Positions 58,797-64,000 of a stretch of 64,000 nucleotides of DNA are shown here, in pieces. Each line of letters begins with the position of its first letter. The first letter of the stretch is position 1. The position numbers and the translations under genes are program-made. Source of the DNA: a virus (Duplodnaviria > Caudoviricetes); the IMG/VR virus record IMGVR_UViG_3300022217_000228, positions 1 to 64,000 of that record. One strand, 5' to 3'. The notes under the pieces were generated by a model. That model was not told where the DNA came from. It saw only the letters and a program-made list of their open reading frames with translations, and did no database searches.

Positions 58797-58999
58797 CATG
58801 TTGTTGCCGATTCTATAGCCAACTTTTTTCGCTGGCGTTTATATTTAATACCTTTCCAACTTGAACAAAATCCATCGCTACTAGTACGAGTATCCTGTAA
58901 ATCACAGATACCAGGATTGGCGAATTTATCGTTTACCCATTTAGTATACCAAGTACAAGAACCGCATCGTTTTTTATGTATCAAAGCGAAAAACTCCAA
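58790..58999 (-). CDS. Cassette gene, small Cys-rich protein
   Basis: CGSC...C...C; GGAG RBS. Confidence 0.7.
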   Translation of the reverse strand: MEFFALIHKKRCGSCTWYTKWVNDKFANPGICDLQDTRTSSDGFCSSWKGIKYKRQRKKLAIESATTCQ

Positions 59000-59018
59000 T
59001 TCTCAAGAGGCAATAATT

Positions 59019-59097
59019 GCCCATAACGTTCGATGCTACCAGACGTTTTAATGTTCCGAAGGACAAGCGTCAGCGCCGCTGGTAGCATTTGTTGGCT
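59019..59097 (-). other. attC-like site S5
   Basis: GCCCATAAC..ATGCTACCAG ... CTGGTAGCAT-TT-GTTGGCTG. Confidence 0.85.
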
Positions 59098-59287
59098 GCT
59101 GTGCAGCGTGTTCCGCCATTGCTGCGGCGCATCTATCGGAAAATCGATTAAGCGCCGACAATACTCCAGGTTCCAAACAGATACGATCTGTAGGGTTTTC
59201 ATGATCATTTGCATGTAACCAGATAGCGTATCCATCAAAAAGACCATAGACACCATCTCCGAGATAATCTTTCATTACAAATTCCAT
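59048..59287 (-). CDS. Cassette gene, phage-type hypothetical (ORF track extends it upstream to 59455)
   Basis: KDYLGDGVY...ICLEP; AAAGG RBS. Confidence 0.7.
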   Translation of the reverse strand: MEFVMKDYLGDGVYGLFDGYAIWLHANDHENPTDRICLEPGVLSALNRFSDRCAAAMAEHAAQQPTNATSGADACPSEH

Positions 59288-59321
59288 TGCGCCGCCTTTC
59301 TGTAAATTTAAGAGCTGCATT

Positions 59322-59423
59322 GAACACAACGTTTCCAGGTTTGGTGAAGTGCCGCGTGTTTTTGCGGCATTTGCCGAAGGCCGAAGTGAGCTTGCGAACG
59401 GAGCACCAAACCTGTGTTGTAAG
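59322..59423 (-). other. attC-like site S6
   Basis: GAACACAAC..CAGGTTTGGTG ... CACCAAACCTG-T-GTTGTAAG. Confidence 0.88.
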
Positions 59424-59451
59424 CTGTAAACCTGCCCCTGCCTTTTGCCTT

Positions 59452-59700
59452 TCACGCCGCCGCCTTCTTTTTGTTCTTTTTAAAATATTCCTTCAGTATC
59501 ACGGATACTGTCTTGTTTCCCGATCTCTCATCCTCTTTCGCCTTTTTATCTATCATCGTCCAAAGGTTTGATTCAAGATAGATGCTTCGTGACGTCATTT
59601 GACTTGTTTTCATATTTTCATCTATTTTGGTGTAAGACATTATGAAATATATAAGACTTCCTCTTGCCTTTGTCCTCACTATAAATATTGCTGCTATCAC
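59452..59700 (-). CDS. Arc/ribbon-helix-helix-like DNA-binding protein (likely start 59640 or later)
   Basis: RSIYLESNLWTMIDKKAKEDERSGNKTVSVILKEYF. Confidence 0.65.
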   Translation of the reverse strand: MIAAIFIVRTKARGSLIYFIMSYTKIDENMKTSQMTSRSIYLESNLWTMIDKKAKEDERSGNKTVSVILKEYFKKNKKKAAA

Positions 59701-60034
59701 ACTTTATTGGAATAGCAATCCAAAGATCATTGTTTTTGTCGGGTTTATTATACTTATCCTGCAAAGTTGTATCGAAATGTTGAAATGTCTTACTATTGAT
59801 ATTGACAATTGGCTCAAGTTTAAACTGTATAGAATTGACATCAAGCTGCTTAGATATCCTTCCAAAAAGGAGAAATACGATGCAAAAGAGAAGAACTATC
59901 GTAATAAGGCTAACAGGAGAGTAGTATTCGCTGAACCTGTCTTGATAATACTGCAAGTCACGGTTTGTCTCGGTACCTTGTTTATTCTCTTTTGGGGAGC
60001 TATTCATTTTTCCTCTATTTTTTAACCTCATCAT
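59618..60034 (-). CDS. Hypothetical membrane protein; an antiparallel ORF (59642-60025, +) is equally open
   Basis: One transmembrane segment, co-oriented with the array; coding strand unresolved. Confidence 0.35.
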   Translation of the reverse strand: MMRLKNRGKMNSSPKENKQGTETNRDLQYYQDRFSEYYSPVSLITIVLLFCIVFLLFGRISKQLDVNSIQFKLEPIVNINSKTFQHFDTTLQDKYNKPDKNNDLWIAIPIKCDSSNIYSEDKGKRKSYIFHNVLHQNR

Positions 60035-60128
60035 GCACTATTAAATAATGTTAAAAATGATTATTCTTTTCAGTATGAAAACGTTGCTTCCTGGCTATCC
60101 GAGAATTATTAATAGCCATTGTTATCAT

Positions 60129-60449
60129 TCATTTTATATTCCTTTTTATTCTAACTTGTCTTTCGGCGGCGTCTTCCTGTCTTCGGGCAGGTTTTTTGCT
60201 TACAACGGGTTGCCGCACTCGCCAGCAGTACCCCACCGGAATAGTTTGCATTACCGGCAGCCTCGCACTTCTCGAACGTAGCGATCTCGTCCCAGAGCTT
60301 GAGGTATTGCTGGCTGCGGCTGTTGTACGATGTAAAGTGAGCTTCCTTAGTGTAAGCACAATCCAGCTTCGGAAGAAGTCTAATTTCACTTTTTGAAAAG
60401 TGCTACGACTTGAAAGTCCACTGTTTGGTTTAATTGTGCTTATTAACAT
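60129..60449 (-). CDS. Cassette ORF reading through the whole of S7
   Basis: RTTAAA in the usual frame; coding status uncertain. Confidence 0.4.
   Translation of the reverse strand: MLISTIKPNSGLSSRSTFQKVKLDFFRSWIVLTLRKLTLHRTTAAASNTSSSGTRSLRSRSARLPVMQTIPVGYCWRVRQPVVSKKPARRQEDAAERQVRIKRNIK
60198..60329 (-). other. attC-like site S7
   Basis: GCTTACAAC..GCCGCACTCGCCAGCAGTACC ... GGTATTGCTGGCTGCGGC-T-GTTGTACG. Confidence 0.88.
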
Positions 60450-60465
60450 GAAAGCTCACTTTATT

Positions 60466-60609
60466 TTGTACAACGGCTTCAGGCACCCGCCTGCCGTGGC
60501 CGATAGAAATCGTCTGCATCTCGAATACAATGATTTGCACCTAAAAGGCAACACTGCCCCTTTTTATTATCACAATCGTCAGGACATGGCAGGCTGCCTG
60601 GGTTAGAAG
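60466..60609 (-). other. attC-like site S8
   Basis: TTGTACAAC..CAGGCACCCGCCTGCCGTG ... CATGGCAGGCTGCCTG-G-GTTAGAAG. Confidence 0.88.
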
Positions 60610-60802
60610 CTGTGGGCTGGGTTCCGCTGCCTTTTGAAATTTTACGAAGTAACGTACCACCAAACATTAACGGATAAACACCTACAGCTTGCCCGGCATA
60701 TAAAAAACTACACTTCCCAGGCTCCTTCAACTCTATTACAACCACATCACCGACTTTAGAGTATCCGTTACCAGCTTCTCTATATCCCGGTATATTAATC
60801 AT
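60479..60802 (-). CDS. Cassette gene with Cys-rich tail in the attC loop (ORF track starts it at 60931)
   Basis: GGAGG RBS before MINIPG; CPDDC...CC...HC. Confidence 0.7.
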   Translation of the reverse strand: MINIPGYREAGNGYSKVGDVVVIELKEPGKCSFLYAGQAVGVYPLMFGGTLLRKISKGSGTQPTASNPGSLPCPDDCDNKKGQCCLLGANHCIRDADDFYRPRQAGA

Positions 60803-60838
60803 AGTAAAATTTCCTCCAATAAATTTAAGAGTCGCATT

Positions 60839-60995
60839 GCTTCTAACGTTTGCGAAACGTGCGCCGTTACTTGAAACACGGTTTATTAGCATAACAATGT
60901 AGATTTTTATTTTTAATAGTACATTCATCATAATAACAACACGGCCTTGCGCTCCATTCTTCGTATTCTAATGGCGCACTTTCTGCTGTTGGATG
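60839..60995 (-). other. attC-like site S9 (same family as S1)
   Basis: GCTTCTAAC-GTTTGCGAAACGTGCGCC ... GGCGCACTTTCTGCT-GTTGGATG. Confidence 0.88.
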
Positions 60996-61166
60996 CTGTT
61001 GCTCGGCGCTCCCCTTGCCCTGCCGGGCTTCACCGCAGTACAATTCCATAACATCAGATACGTATAAATATCCACGCTTATCCCCATGAAAAGCTACCTT
61101 CACACTATTTAAACATGCATCGTTTAACTTATTATCGATTAAAAACTTCTGTTCCTTAGATCCCAT
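60867..61166 (-). CDS. Cassette gene with Cys-rich tail in the attC loop
   Basis: HPTAESAPL followed by CCYYDEC...HC...C. Confidence 0.7.
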   Translation of the reverse strand: MGSKEQKFLIDNKLNDACLNSVKVAFHGDKRGYLYVSDVMELYCGEARQGKGSAEQQHPTAESAPLEYEEWSARPCCYYDECTIKNKNLHCYANKPCFK

Positions 61167-61211
61167 AAAAACTACCTTTTACCCGGCCTTTAACATGGCC
61201 GCCGAGCAATT

Positions 61212-61293
61212 GCCACCAACGGGTTGCAAAACGTATTTAGTGCGGTACGCTCTCATACTGCCTCACCGCGTTGAATACTTTTGCTGTTATGGG
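61212..61293 (-). other. attC-like site S10
   Basis: GCCACCAAC..GCAAAACGTATTTAGTGCGGT ... ACCGCGTTGAATACTTTTGC-T-GTTATGGG. Confidence 0.9.
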
Positions 61294-61968
61294 CTGTAGC
61301 GCCCGATTCCTTATTTAAAACCGCAATGAGCTGTTCTCCGAGAAACTGCGTGTAAGCCGGCGGTATAGCTTGCGTTAACTCTTTCCTCGTCATCCAATCT
61401 ATGCCCATTGCGTTTCTCCACTCAATGACACTTCCCTTTGAGACATCACGCATGACTGTCCCCCATGTTTTCCAACGACCTGCACCACCGGCAACAGAAT
61501 AATAACCCTCTCCGATACGGCGACCGCGGTGTGATGGATGAGGAGGAATAAAAAAAAATGACTACAATCAAAATGGCGATGTCTGAAAACTTTTAAACCG
61601 AACATTAAACCACATAGCGTTATTGACTTATCAAGCGGAGCGCCTGGCACGTTTTCAACTACATATGGTATTCCAATTTTTTTTAATTCCGCAAGTGTCG
61701 GCGTAAGGTAATCAATATATTTTTTACCTCTGTTACGATGGACATTGGAAGCAATTGACCATTTCTGACATGGGGGAGAGGCATGTACTACATCGAATTC
61801 GTGATGATGATCCCGGAGATATTCCAGTGCATCAGATTGGATAAACTCAAATGGATACCGTTTTTGAAAAACAGTATCGACACCTACGATCTGAGTAAAG
61901 CCGGCCCTGAAATAACCCTTCGCTGCTCCACCTCCACCACAGTACAAATCTAAAAGTTTCCAGCTCAT
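61253..61968 (-). CDS. C5-cytosine DNA methyltransferase split by a -1 frameshift at a T9 run
   Basis: LLDLYCGGGG, HASPPCQ, VVENV in the first frame; MGIDWMT...QAIPPAYTQFLG in the -1 frame. Confidence 0.85.
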
Positions 61969-61998
61969 TGCCTATTTATTCTCCAAGAGGGCGGTATT

Positions 61999-62124
61999 GC
62001 CTATAACGTCTGATAAACGGGTGAAGTGTCTACCGGGTTTTTCGGCACACACCGAGAGGGCTGCCACCTTTGACCTCATAGTATTCATTTGTAGAATCAC
62101 ATTTCACCCTTTATTTGTTGTGTA
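61999..62124 (-). other. attC-like site S11
   Basis: GCCTATAAC..ATAAACGGGTGAAGTGT ... ACATTTCACCCTTTAT-TT-GTTGTGTA. Confidence 0.88.
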
Positions 62125-62237
62125 TTGGTTTTGCGCTTCCGCCATTTGGCAAAAACGACACACCAACACCATAACATATTTTTAGAATACTCAGTTGCTT
62201 CTTTACAGCCTATACACGGACACTTATCTTTTGCCAT
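62097..62237 (-). CDS. Cassette gene, 46 aa Cys-rich protein (ORF track starts it at 62462)
   Basis: GGGGA RBS; CPCIGC...WCWC. Confidence 0.55.
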   Translation of the reverse strand: MAKDKCPCIGCKEATEYSKNMLWCWCVVFAKWRKRKTNTQQIKGEM

Positions 62238-62259
62238 ACAATCCCCAAAAGCAAAACTT

Positions 62260-62444
62260 GTACACAACGGTTTAGCAAGGCAGAAGTTTGCGACTACAAT
62301 ATGGGCAAAACTGCATACCGTCAATTGACAAAATTGATTGTACCAATTCACCACAAGATGTATGAAAAAATCCACCATGCTCATTTTCCTTAATTTCCCA
62401 CTCGCAAATTTCCGGAGGCGAAAGCTGCCTTGCTTTGTTAGCGG
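62260..62444 (-). other. attC-like site S12
   Basis: GTACACAAC..AGCAAGGCAG-AAGTTTGCGA ... TCGCAAATTT..CTGCCTTGCT-TT-GTTAGCGG. Confidence 0.88.
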
Positions 62445-62616
62445 AATGTAATGCGAGTTCATTAGCTTTTAAGGCGGCAACTATTTCCCGGTGAAAACCA
62501 CCAAAAAGAGTTCTAAAATATTCACCCTTACCGTCTATCGATAAATCAGATATTGCAGTGTTCAAGTAAGCTCCGAGCCTACCATTCCCTGGATCGCACA
62601 TATTTGATATATCCAC
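62272..62616 (-). CDS. Cassette gene with Zn-ribbon domain in the attC loop
   Basis: CEW...TSCG...FCPYCS. Confidence 0.75.
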   Translation of the reverse strand: MDISNMCDPGNGRLGAYLNTAISDLSIDGKGEYFRTLFGGFHREIVAALKANELALHSANKARQLSPPEICEWEIKENEHGGFFHTSCGELVQSILSIDGMQFCPYCSRKLLPC

Positions 62617-62653
62617 TTATTGCCGCCTTTATAATAAATCTAAGAGCATTATT

Positions 62654-62736
62654 TCCGCTAACGGATTGGCAAAGAGCCGAAGTGCGGTACACTCTCATAT
62701 TTACTTACCCGCATTTTGGCTTTTGCCTGTTAGCGG
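62654..62736 (-). other. attC-like site S13
   Basis: TCCGCTAAC..GGCAAAGAGCCGAAGTGCGG ... CCGCATTTTGGCTTTTGCC-T-GTTAGCGG. Confidence 0.92.
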
Positions 62737-62752
62737 TTGTTTTGACCGCATC

Positions 62753-63109
62753 CTAATTATCCTTTCGGCGAACGGCGGTTACACACTCTCGATACTTAAC
62801 CATCCAATCGCCACAGTCTTCATGTGCCCACGGATCATCTTTATACTGTTCGTACAAGATGGAATCATGTTTCTTTAAATCATCTATAGTTGCATTATAG
62901 GCAAGAGGACAATCCCATGAATTACAGCATCCTGGCTCCTGCTTGTTCTTGAATTTAGACGCACAACCATAACCGCCGTTTGGTATATTATCACCTGTAC
63001 AAAATAATCCGCATTCTCCAGATAAATTATCAATGTCTATTAAAACTGGTACTATGTTTCTATATGCCATATTTTCTCCAGTGAGCCGAACTACAATCTC
63101 AGCGGTCAA
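62753..63109 (-). CDS. Cassette gene, Cys-rich hypothetical (possible start 63070)
   Basis: CGLFC, GYGC, CCNSWDCPL; stops before its attC. Confidence 0.7.
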   Translation of the reverse strand: MTAEIVVRLTGENMAYRNIVPVLIDIDNLSGECGLFCTGDNIPNGGYGCASKFKNKQEPGCCNSWDCPLAYNATIDDLKKHDSILYEQYKDDPWAHEDCGDWMVKYRECVTAVRRKDN

Positions 63110-63113
63110 AATT

Positions 63114-63277
63114 GCCGCTAACGGTTTAGGTTAAAAGAAGTGCCGCCATAAAGCAGCGTTACATTCTATACCACCACGCGAAAGGCAAAAGCTGCATCCA
63201 GCTACCGGACATTCGGAACATGAGGGCGGCATTTGCGGAGCCGTAGCGTTAGCGGAGCTTTTAACCTTTGTTGTGTG
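63114..63277 (-). other. attC-like site S14
   Basis: GCCGCTAAC..AGGTTAAAAG-AAGTGCCGCC ... GGCGGCATTT..CTTTTAACCT-TT-GTTGTGTG. Confidence 0.88.
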
Positions 63278-63502
63278 GGCGCTTCGCCGGACTGGTTTTG
63301 TTGACTCCACATTATCCAGTGATTCTATGAAAGCTGCTACTTGACGCAAGCAATCGGGACGCCACCAAGTTAGATCGTCGCTTATTAGACACCACCTTTT
63401 CTTTCGGCTTACCCACTCTTTATGTATACGGCCGATTGCAACTGTACGATAACCAAAAACTGTAAACCCTTTATCGTCCGCTTCTATTTTTAGAGCTTTC
63501 AT
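63131..63502 (-). CDS. Cassette gene, phage-type hypothetical with Cys-rich tail
   Basis: IGRI..W...WC...CLRQVAAFI; CSEC...CSFC in the loop. Confidence 0.75.
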   Translation of the reverse strand: MKALKIEADDKGFTVFGYRTVAIGRIHKEWVSRKKRWCLISDDLTWWRPDCLRQVAAFIESLDNVESTKPVRRSAHTTKVKSSANATAPQMPPSCSECPVAGCSFCLSRGGIECNAALWRHFF

Positions 63503-63533
63503 AAATCACCTTTAATATGGTTCAACAAAACTT

Positions 63534-63679
63534 GCGCACAACGTCTCAGGCACCCGCCCGAAGTTGCCGACACAGTTCATCGTAAAACTGCTGAGTTACC
63601 CACCTATGACGATCCTCTGCACCAGTAGCCTCAAACATCTCATCGTGTGTCGGCAATTTTGGGCTGCCTGTGTTGGTGG
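63534..63679 (-). other. attC-like site S15 (same family as S2)
   Basis: GCGCACAAC..CAGGCACCCGCCCGAAGTTGCCGACAC ... GTGTCGGCAATTTTGGGCTGCCTG-T-GTTGGTGG. Confidence 0.92.
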
Positions 63680-63797
63680 AAGTAAATTTTTCCTCCACCA
63701 GTTTTTTTATGCGGCCCCAAGCCTCCATCGGCCACAATTTGCCATAGCTAATGACCGCCTCTTCAACATCGGTAATATCCCCTTTGGTTATAAGCAT
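63546..63797 (-). CDS. Cassette gene, related to 57693-57986
   Basis: GGAG RBS; STNTGSPKLP, RQLRAGA. Confidence 0.7.
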   Translation of the reverse strand: MLITKGDITDVEEAVISYGKLWPMEAWGRIKKLVEEKFTSTNTGSPKLPTHDEMFEATGAEDRHRWVTQQFYDELCRQLRAGA

Positions 63798-63826
63798 ATA
63801 CTACAATCTCCAGAGAAAAATTTATT

Positions 63827-63992
63827 TCCACCAACGGATTGGCGATAACAGAAGTTACGCCGGTTGATAATTACTAAGACAATCTACCGAATTAATTTTC
63901 CACATACAATTAAGACCACCAACGCATCGTGAACAATTAGGCGTAATTTCCCCTTCGGGCAAGGCTTCCGCCGTGTTATCGCCTGTTGTAAG
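63827..63992 (-). other. attC-like site S16
   Basis: TCCACCAAC..GGCGATAACA ... TGTTATCGCC-T-GTTGTAAG. Confidence 0.88.
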
Positions 63993-63998
63993 CTGTGC
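63855..63998 (-). CDS. C-terminal part of a cassette gene entering from the right edge
   Basis: LTTGDN...EITPNCSRC...C...C resembles HLTGDKN...DITPC of 5005-5235. Confidence 0.5.
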   Translation of the reverse strand, partial: AQLTTGDNTAEALPEGEITPNCSRCVGGLNCMWKINSVDCLSNYQPA

Positions 63999-64000
63999 TG

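Larger units (their letters stand above)
1..64000. mobile_element. Tailed bacteriophage genome (most of it); host unknown
   Basis: TerS, TerL, portal-like, capsid-like, tail and ejection genes in phage order; no bacterial housekeeping genes. Confidence 0.95.
57000..64000 (-). mobile_element. Integron-like gene cassette array (CALIN-like; no integrase in the window)
   Basis: 16 attC-like hairpins spaced 261-876 bp apart, mostly one small RBS-bearing ORF per unit, all co-oriented; continues past the window edge. Confidence 0.9.

Noticed and set aside
57333-63992. Hairpins as intrinsic terminators or REP elements
   Set aside because: No consistent U-tracts, pairing favours the non-coding strand, most lie inside ORFs, and offset core matching is not explained by either.
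57000-64000. CRISPR array
   Set aside because: The repeats are heterogeneous inverted repeats, the spacers are 200-800 bp genes with RBSs, and no cas genes are present.
57000-64000. Diversity-generating retroelement, retron or shufflon
   Set aside because: No reverse transcriptase, no template/variable repeat pair with A-specific differences, and all sites are in direct rather than inverted orientation.
1-64000. Stop-codon recoding
   Set aside because: Long genes are intact in the standard code and end in TAA, TAG and TGA with tight coupling.
1-64000. tRNA, rRNA or IS elements
   Set aside because: No cloverleaf, rRNA-like sequence or transposase motif was seen by eye; tRNAscan-SE and ISEScan were not run.

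Overview
The whole window looks like most of one uncultured tailed-phage genome (probably short-tailed), AT-rich, in the standard genetic code. The + strand (627-21859) carries terS and terL, separated by about 14.5 kb, much of it sugar-modification genes. The - strand (21846-64000) carries, in transcription order: an array of small genes, an AAA recombinase, HNH and resolvase genes, a second glycosylation cluster, then portal, scaffold, capsid, tail and ejection genes. No DNA polymerase, helicase, integrase, reverse transcriptase, lysin, tRNA or CRISPR array was recognised. The main discovery is an integron-like cassette system built from phage-type genes. Sixteen consecutive attC-like hairpin sites at 57333-63992 delimit units of 261-876 bp, and the array runs off the right edge. 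Three more such sites lie elsewhere (4814-4973, 5121-5273, 49006-49136), and both outlying groups start just after the same attI-like motif. In 15 of 16 array units, the downstream inverse core matches the core at the start of the same unit, usually better than the core closing its own hairpin. This is what insertion of circular cassettes at G/TT predicts. Unusually, most ORFs are translated through the hairpin, whose loop often encodes a Cys-rich mini-domain. The second notable system is a partly duplicated set of about 25 glycan-modification genes flanking the virion module. All calls come from reading motifs by eye; no database searches or folding programs were run.
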